NCBI GenBank assembly: GCA_044340485.1 | Contig: JBIITN010000004.1 | Span: 28,357-92,356, forward strand | DNA: 64,000 nt | Direction of reading: 5' to 3' | Source of the DNA: Ilumatobacteraceae bacterium | GTDB taxonomy: Bacteria > Actinomycetota > Acidimicrobiia > Acidimicrobiales > Ilumatobacteraceae | In this document: positions 21,171-30,682 of the stretch, piece by piece | Layout: each line of letters starts with the position of its first letter | How positions within the stretch are numbered: position 1 is the stretch's first letter | Made by a program: the position numbers and the translations under genes | Notes under the pieces: generated by a model | Databases searched by the model: none | Told to the model about the DNA's origin: nothing | The model's input: only the letters and a program-made list of their open reading frames with translations

Positions 21171-22094
21171 TCACAAAGACACGGTTTCAGACGTAGTCAC
21201 TTTTATTTGCGCTACATCGGAAGATGACTGCAGCACCAGGTTGCATGTAGCCAACCAAAAAGCGGTCGCGCCTGCAATGTGTAGTGCAACTAACCCGGCA
21301 GGTACTCCCGTGAAGTATTGCCAATACCCCACACCTGCTTGTGTCAGCGTCACAATCACAAGAGTATTCATCGCAGAGTCCAAATTGGATCGCATGGTCC
21401 CCGTAGGCAATGACCGAATCGACATGTACAAGAGCACCATTAATGCCAGCGTCAGCAATACAAACACACTGTGTGTTTGAACAACCATGCGTAACTCGAA
21501 TCCAAAACGAGGTGCATTTTCATCACCAGCGTGTGGACCTGTTGCAGTTACTACAGTTCCCAACACGATGGTGACCGCAGATGCAATCACCATCGCAACT
21601 AGGTAGCGATCCACATACGTTCTGGTCGTACGAAAAAACGGAGTATTTACCGGCACCAACGCACGTTTATGCAACGCAAGGGCACATGCCACCAAGACCA
21701 TAGAAACAAGAAAGTGCGTCATGTTCGATAATGGATGTAAGCCGGTGAGCACCACCACTCCACCGATCACAATCTGTGCAAGAACTCCAACCACAAGCGA
21801 CCATGCCAGCCACACAAGATCCCGTCGAAAAGGACGAATGCCATGTGCGGCAAGTACTGCCAGAATCACCGAAACGGATACCACTCCTGTGAACAGACGA
21901 TTGATTTGCTCAATTGCCGTATGACTAGACGACACATCAATCAATTTTTCAGAGTTGCAATTCGGCCAATCTTCACAGCCGAGCCCAGATCCCGTCAGTC
22001 GAACAGCAGCGCCAGACACAACGATGATGCACAGTGACGCAAGTGCAGCAGCAGTGAGTCGACGAAACGTGGTATCTGAAACCCGTAACGCCAT
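21171..22094 (-). CDS. ctaA: heme A synthase (COX15/CtaA family)
   Basis: Polytopic membrane protein carrying GSGLGCEDWPNC, the Cys pair typical of CtaA. Confidence 0.78.
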   Translation of the reverse strand: MALRVSDTTFRRLTAAALASLCIIVVSGAAVRLTGSGLGCEDWPNCNSEKLIDVSSSHTAIEQINRLFTGVVSVSVILAVLAAHGIRPFRRDLVWLAWSLVVGVLAQIVIGGVVVLTGLHPLSNMTHFLVSMVLVACALALHKRALVPVNTPFFRTTRTYVDRYLVAMVIASAVTIVLGTVVTATGPHAGDENAPRFGFELRMVVQTHSVFVLLTLALMVLLYMSIRSLPTGTMRSNLDSAMNTLVIVTLTQAGVGYWQYFTGVPAGLVALHIAGATAFWLATCNLVLQSSSDVAQIKVTTSETVSL

Positions 22095-22103
22095 AACAAA
22101 AAA

Positions 22104-22895
22104 CTAATGCTTAATCGTCATTCCCCCATCAACAACCACTGTGGCTCCGTTCACAAACGATGAACATGGCATTGCCAAGTTCACGGTCATATGAGCCACC
22201 TCTTCAGGATCTCCATACCGGCGTAGGGGCACACGACGCCTTGCGTACACCTCTTTGGCATCTTCTGTGATGTCTGCGGTCATGTTTGTGCGAATAGGGC
22301 CGGGACATACTGCATTCACGGTGATGTGTCGGCGGCCCAATTCGGCGGCCAAGCTCTTCGTAAGCCCGACAACACCGTGCTTGGCGGCCGTATACGCCGC
22401 CAGTCCTGGGGTCGCGACGATCGCCTCGGTAGATGCGATGTTGATGATGCGTCCCCCATTCGGCGCCGTCATGAGATGTGGAACTGCGAGACGTGCCAAG
22501 TGCACATGAGCCGACAGGTTGATGGCCAATGTTGCATCCCACGCGTGCAAAAAATCGTCTTCCTCAGAAAACACCGACGAAACCGCACTGATCCCGGCGT
22601 TATTCACCAACACGTCCAACCCGCCAAAGGAGTCGAGACAACGTTGAATGATTGCCTGGCGAGCCGAAGGATCCGACACGTCACCAGCTATCCCCACACA
22701 CACTCCCTCGCCATGAGCCCCTTCTATTTCTGACACCACCACAGAGACCGCCTCACCTGAGCGATCCGCCACCACAACACGGGCTCCTTCATCAGCAAAA
22801 AGATGAGCGGTGGCTCGACCCATCCCGCTTCCTGCACCGGTCACGATGACCCGCAGTCCCTCTACAGATCGGGACAATTTCGACAATCTCACCAT
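22104..22895 (-). CDS. SDR family oxidoreductase
   Basis: TGAGSGMGRA (TGxxxGxG), NNAG, YTAAKHG (YxxxK). Confidence 0.9.
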   Translation of the reverse strand: MVRLSKLSRSVEGLRVIVTGAGSGMGRATAHLFADEGARVVVADRSGEAVSVVVSEIEGAHGEGVCVGIAGDVSDPSARQAIIQRCLDSFGGLDVLVNNAGISAVSSVFSEEDDFLHAWDATLAINLSAHVHLARLAVPHLMTAPNGGRIINIASTEAIVATPGLAAYTAAKHGVVGLTKSLAAELGRRHITVNAVCPGPIRTNMTADITEDAKEVYARRRVPLRRYGDPEEVAHMTVNLAMPCSSFVNGATVVVDGGMTIKH

Positions 22896-23073
22896 GGGAC
22901 CACCCTATTTCACGCTAGGTAATCGCCTCGTTCTCGCGAAGTCTCACCACTTTTTGTGGTTAGATCACCACCGTTGTCACTCTGAGTAGTGACATCAACA
23001 TTTTCCGTGAGAAATCCCTCAAGTTCTGCTCCGTGCTGCCGATCCCTTACCCGGATCACACAAGGAGCAAGAA

Positions 23074-24423
23074 ATGGCCCCCACAACTCACACACAAAAA
23101 ATCGTTCGCATGACCACCGGTTGCCTCGTCGCCGTGGCTCTTTTCGTTGGTGTCTCGCCAGCCATTTCGGCTGATGCATCGACTGGCAGCAAGTCATCGA
23201 TGCAAAAGTCTTCGACGAAAAATGCTCCGGTTCGCCTTCCCCGTTTTGGCGACAAGGGCGACATCGTGGTCGCTGTTCAGAATGCGCTCATGCAAAATGG
23301 ATTCACTCTTCGCGGTGGAGCCACCGGGGTATTCGATCAGAACACACGTACCACTCTGCGTAATTTCCAAAAAGTGGTCGGCCTGAAGGTGACTGGTCGC
23401 GTTGACGCAGCCACGGCAAAAGTCCTGAAGATCAATGTTGAGGCCCCCTCTTCTGCCCCAACGTCCACCAGTTTCCCTTTCACCATGGACACCCTTCCAC
23501 AACGTGGTGCGCAAGGCGATGCAGTGATTGCAGTACAAAAAGCCATCGAAGCTGCAGGTACACCAGTGCGTGGTGGCATTGACGGTGTATTTGGTCTCGG
23601 AGTAACCCGCACTCTTGAAGATTTCCAACGTGCAAAGGGACTCACAGTAAATGGTCTTCTTGATGAAGCAACCGCTACTGCGCTTGGTCTTGTTGCGCCA
23701 GCGTCACAAGCTCCCGCAGCTCAAACTTCGACAGCGACCACAGTCGCATTCACTATTGATTCATTGCCACAACGTGGCGAACGTGGCGATCGCGTGCGCG
23801 TACTCCAACAAGCACTCGTGTCCTCTGGCATCAAAATCAAAGGTGGCGCAGACGGAATCTTTGGTCGATTAACCACTACAGCAATTAAGCGTTTTCAGCG
23901 TCTCAATGCCATGACTGCTACTGGCGTCATGAATGCACAAACTGCATACAAGCTGGGGCTCATCGAAGCTCCTGCAATGCAATTGAATGTTTTCCCAGTG
24001 CAGGGTCCTTGCTCCTTTATCGACACATGGCACGATCCACGCGGTGCAGGTCGCCTCCACATTGGTGTCGACATCATCGCTCCAAAAGGCAATCTCGTGT
24101 ACGCCGTTGCTGACGGAACCATCACTCGCACATACCATGTAGGCCGGGACAAACTGTCGGGCAATGGAGTTCGCCTCACCCTTGCTGATGGAACGTATTT
24201 CTTCTACGGACACTTCGACACCATCGCCCCCGGCATCGCAGTAGGAACCACTGTGACCGCCGGACAAGTCATCGGAACGATTGGCGCGACAGGCAACACC
24301 ACTACACCACATCTCCACCTTGAAATTCATCCTGGTGGTGGCGAAGCAATCAACCCATACCCAATCATGAAGGCAATTGATGGATGCGGCGTCACCACCG
24401 CACGTTCTGCAAAAGCTCGGTGA
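23074..24423 (+). CDS. secreted M23 family peptidase with three peptidoglycan-binding (PG_binding_1-like) repeats
   Basis: A signal peptide, then three repeats of the form G(D/A/E)xGDxVxxxQxAL...GG.DG.FG..T....FQ....L...G, then M23 motifs HIGVDI and PHLHLEIH. Confidence 0.88.
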   Translation: MAPTTHTQKIVRMTTGCLVAVALFVGVSPAISADASTGSKSSMQKSSTKNAPVRLPRFGDKGDIVVAVQNALMQNGFTLRGGATGVFDQNTRTTLRNFQKVVGLKVTGRVDAATAKVLKINVEAPSSAPTSTSFPFTMDTLPQRGAQGDAVIAVQKAIEAAGTPVRGGIDGVFGLGVTRTLEDFQRAKGLTVNGLLDEATATALGLVAPASQAPAAQTSTATTVAFTIDSLPQRGERGDRVRVLQQALVSSGIKIKGGADGIFGRLTTTAIKRFQRLNAMTATGVMNAQTAYKLGLIEAPAMQLNVFPVQGPCSFIDTWHDPRGAGRLHIGVDIIAPKGNLVYAVADGTITRTYHVGRDKLSGNGVRLTLADGTYFFYGHFDTIAPGIAVGTTVTAGQVIGTIGATGNTTTPHLHLEIHPGGGEAINPYPIMKAIDGCGVTTARSAKAR

Positions 24424-24460
24424 TCCAAAACAAAAGAGCCGTTCGTAACAGAACTATGAG

Positions 24461-25567
24461 CTATGGCCTGACTTCATAAAACGCATTGACGGAGTGATCC
24501 ACGTCGAGACGTCGAAAAGAAGAAAAGCCAGCATCTGTAGTCATCTGTTGTGCACGAGATGCAGAGAGCCCGAGGGTGCCCAAACCGGCGCCTTCGGGCT
24601 CTGACATTGCCGACGACATACAACTGAGGACGCTGATTCCATACAACAACGCAGCCATCGGATTCTTCGTGACGTTGTCCTTCAACGTGTCATGAGCCTT
24701 GATGTCGACAAGTAACCACGTACCAGTATCTGATACCGCGTTACGAATAAGGTTCATCATTTCTTGTGGACGAGTCATGTCATGGATGCAGTCAAACGTG
24801 CATACCAAGTCAAACGATCCATCTTGCGGGATGGGATTCTCACGCGGATCAACAAACTCCACGTTGTTGATGCCTTCCTCGCGTTGACGATCCTTGGCTC
24901 GCTCAAGCGCAAATTGTGAAATGTCATACCCGACAACGTGGCTATTTGGAAATGTCTTGGCAATCAACAGTGCGAGACCGCCGGCACCACAACCGATATC
25001 AGCTACACGTGCACCCTTTTGTAACGTGTCAGTGACGCCGTTAAGAAGTGGCAACACCTTTGGAAGAAAGAACGCTTGATTCCATGGTTCAAAACTGCGC
25101 TCAATCCCCACTGCACCTTCTGGACCATGTGAGTCGTAATCGAATCCCACACCCGTTGAAAATGCTTCAGGCATATCGTTTAAAGCGTTCATGGTTTGTG
25201 GAAGTCGATGAAACATCCCCATACCAAAGGCCGGATGGTTCGGCGATGCAAGTACGGCAACGGCTTCTGGGCTTAAATACACGCGTGGGGTGTCAGCCTC
25301 GAGATCTTCAACTTGCAGCATCTTTGCAGCAATCTGGTTATACATCCACTCTCGAACCCACCGTTCATGAAGCTTCGAACGGAGAGCTAATTCTTGTGAC
25401 GTCATTGGTGATGATGTATCGGCAAGCACTCTGTAGAGGCCAAGTCTGTCTCCAAGGTGAATCATTCCCGCAGTTACTGCGCCGTCAAGTTTCGAAAAGA
25501 CGTTGAACGAGAACATCTTTAATGCATCGGGGTCAGCCTCGCGATTTGTTACATCTTTAGAAGTCAT
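24461..25567 (-). CDS. class I SAM-dependent methyltransferase with N-terminal winged-helix-like domain
   Basis: SAM motif I VADIGCGAGG; 368 aa. Confidence 0.8.
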   Translation of the reverse strand: MTSKDVTNREADPDALKMFSFNVFSKLDGAVTAGMIHLGDRLGLYRVLADTSSPMTSQELALRSKLHERWVREWMYNQIAAKMLQVEDLEADTPRVYLSPEAVAVLASPNHPAFGMGMFHRLPQTMNALNDMPEAFSTGVGFDYDSHGPEGAVGIERSFEPWNQAFFLPKVLPLLNGVTDTLQKGARVADIGCGAGGLALLIAKTFPNSHVVGYDISQFALERAKDRQREEGINNVEFVDPRENPIPQDGSFDLVCTFDCIHDMTRPQEMMNLIRNAVSDTGTWLLVDIKAHDTLKDNVTKNPMAALLYGISVLSCMSSAMSEPEGAGLGTLGLSASRAQQMTTDAGFSSFRRLDVDHSVNAFYEVRP

Positions 25568-25586
25568 ACGAAGAGACTAGATGGCT

Positions 25587-26273
25587 TTAATACGTGCGCA
25601 TGTCGTTGGGAAGGTGTTCATCGTCGGACAAACTGGTGAGACCAAACGTGATGCCATCACCCAAGGTGATCGAGCGAATTCGACTCACCGTCGCGTGCCC
25701 GATAACAAAACGCTCCCATTCCCATGGAGTGGTGAGCAACCCTAAAAGATGACACATCACCACACTGTTTGTGCCGGCATGAGCAACAAGTGCAATACGC
25801 ACGTCGGGATCGAAGCGATCATTGGTTTCCCATACGGGCAACTCATGTTCTTTTCGCTCGATCCCACGTTCTTGGAGAAATAACGAACAACCCAAATGGA
25901 TCCGTTCGACAAAATTATTCACGGGTTCTCCGCCCTCGAGACCTTTCCAACGTTCGCGAGCAGCCTGCTGGCGCACCGCGCGATAGGCCTCTTCGGCGCG
26001 TTCCTCAGGCGTACCGTGCCAAATAGGGTTACGGATTTCCTCTAACCACGGCTCGATCACAAGTTCGTGATTGAGCATCTCGAGCAGTGGTGCTGCGGTC
26101 TGCTGAGTACGCACAAGCGGTGACACCAATACCTCGTCGAAGTGTTCGTCAGCCAAGAACTTCGCTAACAACTGCGCTTGGTCGTGACCACGAGACGTGA
26201 GGGGCGGATTATCGACATTTAATCCACCGAGCACCCACTGCGGTTCTGCGTGACGAATAAGGGTGATGTCCAT
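25587..26273 (-). CDS. histidine phosphatase family protein
   Basis: ITLIRHAEP and LVAHAGTN. Confidence 0.78.
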   Translation of the reverse strand: MDITLIRHAEPQWVLGGLNVDNPPLTSRGHDQAQLLAKFLADEHFDEVLVSPLVRTQQTAAPLLEMLNHELVIEPWLEEIRNPIWHGTPEERAEEAYRAVRQQAARERWKGLEGGEPVNNFVERIHLGCSLFLQERGIERKEHELPVWETNDRFDPDVRIALVAHAGTNSVVMCHLLGLLTTPWEWERFVIGHATVSRIRSITLGDGITFGLTSLSDDEHLPNDMRTY

Positions 26274-26279
26274 ACGTAA

Positions 26280-27071
26280 TTACTCCTCGCCCAGTTCAGC
26301 ATCTGGAGTGGTGTCCAAAGGAATTGTGAAATCAAGTCCGCATACATCAAAAGCTCTTTGAAACTGCGCTTGATACTCGGCGGCATTTCGTTCTGAAGTA
26401 TCTGTGATCTCCGATAGTGCCCGGCCAAGACACAGTGCCACTTCTGATTCCACGTCAATCCCAAATAATGCTGCAATCGTCTCGCCTAATGCGCGCGCTT
26501 CATTGTCGACATCCAGCATTTCAATGGGTGGATCAGTTGCAGTTGGTGACGAAATGGCCGGTGGAGGCAAAGTGGGTAAACCGGCATCTTCGCCCATCAC
26601 ATTTTCAGATTCCGTGTCACACTCGCTCGAGATATATGAATCAACTGCAGTAATCGCATACACGCCAACATCACTATTTAATTCAGCGACCACAGCATCG
26701 ATACGCATGTCACTCGACATCAATGTGTCATCCCACACCACCTCATCTGCGACATCGAGAAATTCCTCGAACTGAGTTCTCACTAAGGTTGCTTGTTGTC
26801 CAAGTTCGTTTGAAGCGTCCTCTGTCACGATCTCGAGTTGACTAATAGATGACAGCACGGACACCCGCATAGTGGCTCCTCCGTCTGTCTCGTCAAACTC
26901 GTATTGCCCCACAGCAATAGATGCCGCAACCACTCCCAAAGATTGTTCGGGACCACACAACGCATCTCGCTCTGATGAACAAGCAGCGAGCGACAGAACA
27001 GAGACCGGTGCAACACACATCGCTGCCGTCCACCGTGAGTATCTACAGACGGTGGCTAGCGCGGACATCAC
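26280..27071 (-). CDS. acidic hypothetical lipoprotein
   Basis: Signal peptide with lipobox LSLAAC; otherwise no recognised motif. Confidence 0.55.
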   Translation of the reverse strand: MMSALATVCRYSRWTAAMCVAPVSVLSLAACSSERDALCGPEQSLGVVAASIAVGQYEFDETDGGATMRVSVLSSISQLEIVTEDASNELGQQATLVRTQFEEFLDVADEVVWDDTLMSSDMRIDAVVAELNSDVGVYAITAVDSYISSECDTESENVMGEDAGLPTLPPPAISSPTATDPPIEMLDVDNEARALGETIAALFGIDVESEVALCLGRALSEITDTSERNAAEYQAQFQRAFDVCGLDFTIPLDTTPDAELGEE

Positions 27072-27128
27072 ACCAGTGTTGTCGCTAGTGATGGCCCTTT
27101 TCCGTCATCCTCAAAGTAGATTGACCCG

Positions 27129-27644
27129 GTGACTGCTGTTGATACCGCTCTATTGGTCTTACGCGTCGCTTTTGGTCTTTCCCTGGCCTACCACGGCTAT
27201 AACAAGATCTTTGGATCAGCAGGTCTTGCTGGCACTGCATCGTGGTTCGAATCTCTCGGCATGCGCGCGCCGAAACTACAGGCACGGTTGGCGTCTGGTA
27301 CTGAGATACTTGCTGGAATTGCTCTTGCTGCGGGCCTCTTGACCCCAGTTGCGTCAGCGGCGTTTGTCGCCCTCATGATTGTTGCAATCGTTACGTCTCA
27401 CTGGAAGAACGGTTATTTCATTTTCTTACCTGGCGGTGGATGGGAATACTGCGCATCAATTATTGCTGTAGCTCTTGCTATTGGTATCGCAGGTCCGGGC
27501 AGTGCATCTCTCGACAACGCACTCTCAATTGATTGGGGTGTCGCTGGCGGGATACTTACCGCTTCTATCGGCGTGGGATCAGCGATCGCGCAACTTTTAT
27601 TGTTTTATCGACCCAAGAATCAGCCTGCGCAGCCCGCGCAATAA
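27129..27644 (+). CDS. DoxX family membrane protein
   Basis: Four hydrophobic helices and the N-terminal LLVLRVAFGLSLAYHGYNKIFG signature. Confidence 0.78.
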   Translation: MTAVDTALLVLRVAFGLSLAYHGYNKIFGSAGLAGTASWFESLGMRAPKLQARLASGTEILAGIALAAGLLTPVASAAFVALMIVAIVTSHWKNGYFIFLPGGGWEYCASIIAVALAIGIAGPGSASLDNALSIDWGVAGGILTASIGVGSAIAQLLLFYRPKNQPAQPAQ

Positions 27645-27656
27645 CAGCCTTTTCTC

Positions 27657-28202
27657 ATGGATAAACGACCCCCAAAATCATCATCGAGCTTCCAACGCAT
27701 TGGTCGGCTCATCGTTGTGATTGCGTGCGTCCTGATCGGAGCGATGTGGTTGTATGCGTTTGTGTTCGCATCACGCGAAAGTATCAACAGGATTTACGAC
27801 GATGAATGGGCAGCGCGTTCCCAAACTCGTTGCGAGCAAGCAGCAACGCAGCGAACTGCGCTCGCCAACCTCACTCGCATCGACGAAAATGACCCCGCAA
27901 CACTGATGGTGCGCGCAGATCTCGTCGATAAAGCAACCGACACACTCGAGACAATGCTGAACGACATCGAGAGTGATCAACCATCGACCGAAAAAGGGCT
28001 TGCACTGGTTCCTAAATGGATCGCCGACTATCGCCTCTACATCGAGGATCGCCGTGACTATACGGCTGAACTACGTACCGGATCCTTGCCCACCTTCTCA
28101 GAAACCCTTGTTGACGATGTGCCAGTGAGTGAACGTGTTGGAAAATTTGCTCGCGAGAACAAGATGCGCGCTTGTCAGCCGCCTTTTGATCTCATCTTGT
28201 AA
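27657..28202 (+). CDS. membrane-anchored hypothetical protein
   Basis: A single N-terminal TM (LIVVIACVLIGAMWLYAFVF); no recognised motif. Confidence 0.5.
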   Translation: MDKRPPKSSSSFQRIGRLIVVIACVLIGAMWLYAFVFASRESINRIYDDEWAARSQTRCEQAATQRTALANLTRIDENDPATLMVRADLVDKATDTLETMLNDIESDQPSTEKGLALVPKWIADYRLYIEDRRDYTAELRTGSLPTFSETLVDDVPVSERVGKFARENKMRACQPPFDLIL

Positions 28203-28877
28203 CTAGAAGTGTGCGTCGCTCTCATTGGGCGACACGTCTATCCAGCCATCGCCTTTCACAAATCGACGAATCACTCTCGCCGGCGCACCGACTGCTACGC
28301 AATAGTCAGGGATATCTCTCGTCACAACTGAATTAGCACCAATCACCACATGGTGACCAATGGTGACGCCCGGAAGGACAACACTTCCATGACCAATCCA
28401 TGATCGGTTTCCGATACGCACCGCTTTTTCTGGCTGGCTTTGCCGTGAGATCGGAACAGACACATCTTCATATCCATGATTTTGATCGGTGATGTACACG
28501 TGATGGCCAGTCCATACATCGTCACCAATCTCGATCAGAAAATGAGCAACGATTCCACTTCCTCGCCCAATCAAACAACGATCACCAATTCGTACTACAG
28601 GCGAATGAAGCGCGTCTTGACCTTCCACCATCCCCACTGACAACGCAACATGTGGCCCTACCATCGTGTGCTCTCCAATTGAGATGTGATGTTCATTCAT
28701 GATTGTGGTCGGAGGCCAGCAAATCACGCTTTTGCTTCCAAAGCTATGAAACCGTTTGCCACGACGTGTGGACGGACCAATTGCGGCCCATCGTTGCAGC
28801 GTCTGTGTGGTGCGGGCATATGCTGCTCCGAGCGACTGTCTGAACACGATGGTCAACTTATCTCTCACCGCAAGCAC
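28203..28877 (-). CDS. hexapeptide-repeat (LbH) acyltransferase
   Basis: Left-handed beta-helix repeats IGDRCLIGRGSGI / IGNRSWIGHGSVV / IGHHVVIGANSVV. Confidence 0.8.
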   Translation of the reverse strand: MLAVRDKLTIVFRQSLGAAYARTTQTLQRWAAIGPSTRRGKRFHSFGSKSVICWPPTTIMNEHHISIGEHTMVGPHVALSVGMVEGQDALHSPVVRIGDRCLIGRGSGIVAHFLIEIGDDVWTGHHVYITDQNHGYEDVSVPISRQSQPEKAVRIGNRSWIGHGSVVLPGVTIGHHVVIGANSVVTRDIPDYCVAVGAPARVIRRFVKGDGWIDVSPNESDAHF

Positions 28878-28967
28878 TACACCGCAAGGGAAAATTCCAC
28901 CGTGTGGGGTACCCGGTGGTAATCGCCATAGCCTGTAGAGGTCGTTTCACTTGTCTGAAAGGAGACC

Positions 28968-29792
28968 GTGATGACCACCTCGCAACGTCCTCGCGTCACG
29001 GTTCCGTCTCTTCTTGCTCGGAAATCATCCGACGCTCTGATTGCCATGATCACTGCCTATGACACCACTTTCGCGTCGATTGTTGATGAGGCAGGCGTCG
29101 ATATGATTTTGGTCGGAGATTCAGTTGCGACAGTAATGCAAGGCGAGAAAACGACGTTGCCCGTTTCTCTTCAAGAAATGGAATACCACGTCCGAATGGT
29201 CGCCCGTGCGAACACAAAAGCCCTCGTAGTGGGAGACCTTCCATTTGGGTCATACCAGTCGAGTATTTCTCAAGCCATCGATAGCAGTGTGTGTTTAGTG
29301 AAAGCTGGCGCACAAGCAATCAAACTTGAAGGCGGTATCTACATGGCCGACACCATTGATGCAATCGCCCGTGTCGACATTCCAGTGGTCGGGCACATTG
29401 GATTAACTCCCCAGAGTTATCACCGTATGGGTGGGAACCGGATCCAAGGTCGAACACCAGGTCTAGAGGCTGGAAGTCGCGAACGATTGCTGCAAGACGC
29501 ACATGCCGTCGAACAAGCGGGTGCGTTCTGTCTCGTCATCGAAGGCGTTCCCGAAGAAGTAGCACACGAAATCACCGACAAGGTTGCGATTCCTACCATC
29601 GGCATTGGCGCAGGACACCACTGTGATGGTCAAGTTCTCGTGCTCCACGATGTTCTCGGATTATCCGAACGCAAACTTTCATTTGCAAAGCCCTATGCGT
29701 CATTGCGTGAAGATGCCTTGCGTGCTGTCGGACAGTACGTCAGCGAAGTACGCGATGGTACGTGGCCAGACGCAGATCACACCTTCCACTAA
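28968..29792 (+). CDS. panB: 3-methyl-2-oxobutanoate hydroxymethyltransferase
   Basis: MITAYD, VGDSVATVMQG, IKLEGG, GHIGLTPQ. Confidence 0.93.
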   Translation: MMTTSQRPRVTVPSLLARKSSDALIAMITAYDTTFASIVDEAGVDMILVGDSVATVMQGEKTTLPVSLQEMEYHVRMVARANTKALVVGDLPFGSYQSSISQAIDSSVCLVKAGAQAIKLEGGIYMADTIDAIARVDIPVVGHIGLTPQSYHRMGGNRIQGRTPGLEAGSRERLLQDAHAVEQAGAFCLVIEGVPEEVAHEITDKVAIPTIGIGAGHHCDGQVLVLHDVLGLSERKLSFAKPYASLREDALRAVGQYVSEVRDGTWPDADHTFH

Positions 29793-29799
29793 TTTCTTC

Positions 29800-30648
29800 A
29801 TGTTCATCGCGTCAACACCAGACGACATACGTACATGGGTTCGTCATCAGCGAACCTCGCCTGATTTCACCGTAGGCTTTGTCCCCACTATGGGCGCGTT
29901 ACATGACGGCCATCTCTCTCTCATGCGACAGGCAAAAAATGAGTGTGACATCGTTGTCGTGTCGATCTTTGTGAATCCCCTGCAATTCAATGTGCAATCC
30001 GATTACGACAAATACCCACGCACCACTGATAGCGATCTCGGCCAATGCGAACTCATGGGTGTTGACGCTGTGTTCTTACCCACCAGAGAAATCATGTACC
30101 CGGCGGGACATGAGACAACCGTGCTTCCCGGGCGAACCGCTGAACCGATGGAGGGTGCTGGACGACCTGGACACTTTGCCGGAGTCACAACGATTGTCAC
30201 CAAACTCTTTCTCTCGGTGCAACCAGACCGCGCATACTTTGGCCAAAAGGACTACCAACAGCTAGCAGTGGTTAAGAGAATGGTCCTTGATCTCGACATG
30301 GGTATCACCGTTATTGGATCACCGACTGTGCGGGAACAAGATGGTCTTGCAATGTCAAGCCGAAACGTGAGGCTCAATCCAGACCAACGGAAAGCATCGT
30401 CAATCATCTATCGCGGACTGCAAAAAGCACACGACGCATTCAATAACGGTGAGCGCAATCCCGCACAACTCACCACACTGGTATCGCAGACTTACGACTC
30501 CGAACCACTTGCTCGTACTGAATATGTCTCTATTGCCGATGCGGCGACGCTGCAACCAGTGTCAGAGGTAATAGATCGCGCTGTCATCGCAGTCGCCGTC
30601 TGGTTTGGCGACGTTCGCCTAATTGACAACATCGAATTACAGCCCTAA
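29800..30648 (+). CDS. panC: pantoate--beta-alanine ligase
   Basis: VPTMGALHDGHLSLM and SIFVNPLQF. Start at ATG 29800; the ORF-track start 29584 is an extension inside panB. Confidence 0.92.
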   Translation: MFIASTPDDIRTWVRHQRTSPDFTVGFVPTMGALHDGHLSLMRQAKNECDIVVVSIFVNPLQFNVQSDYDKYPRTTDSDLGQCELMGVDAVFLPTREIMYPAGHETTVLPGRTAEPMEGAGRPGHFAGVTTIVTKLFLSVQPDRAYFGQKDYQQLAVVKRMVLDLDMGITVIGSPTVREQDGLAMSSRNVRLNPDQRKASSIIYRGLQKAHDAFNNGERNPAQLTTLVSQTYDSEPLARTEYVSIADAATLQPVSEVIDRAVIAVAVWFGDVRLIDNIELQP

Positions 30649-30682
30649 TTCACGACACACAGGGCCTTCTTGACCACCACTC

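Noticed and set aside
22896-23073. Possible cyclic-di-AMP (ydaO-type) riboswitch upstream of the M23 peptidase
   Set aside because: I could not find the conserved ACGGGG / GGGGUGAAUC / CCGAA-type elements that I recall for this class. The region has only generic small hairpins.
29584-29799. Upstream extension of the panC ORF
   Set aside because: It lies inside panB. The panC homology starts at ATG 29800.
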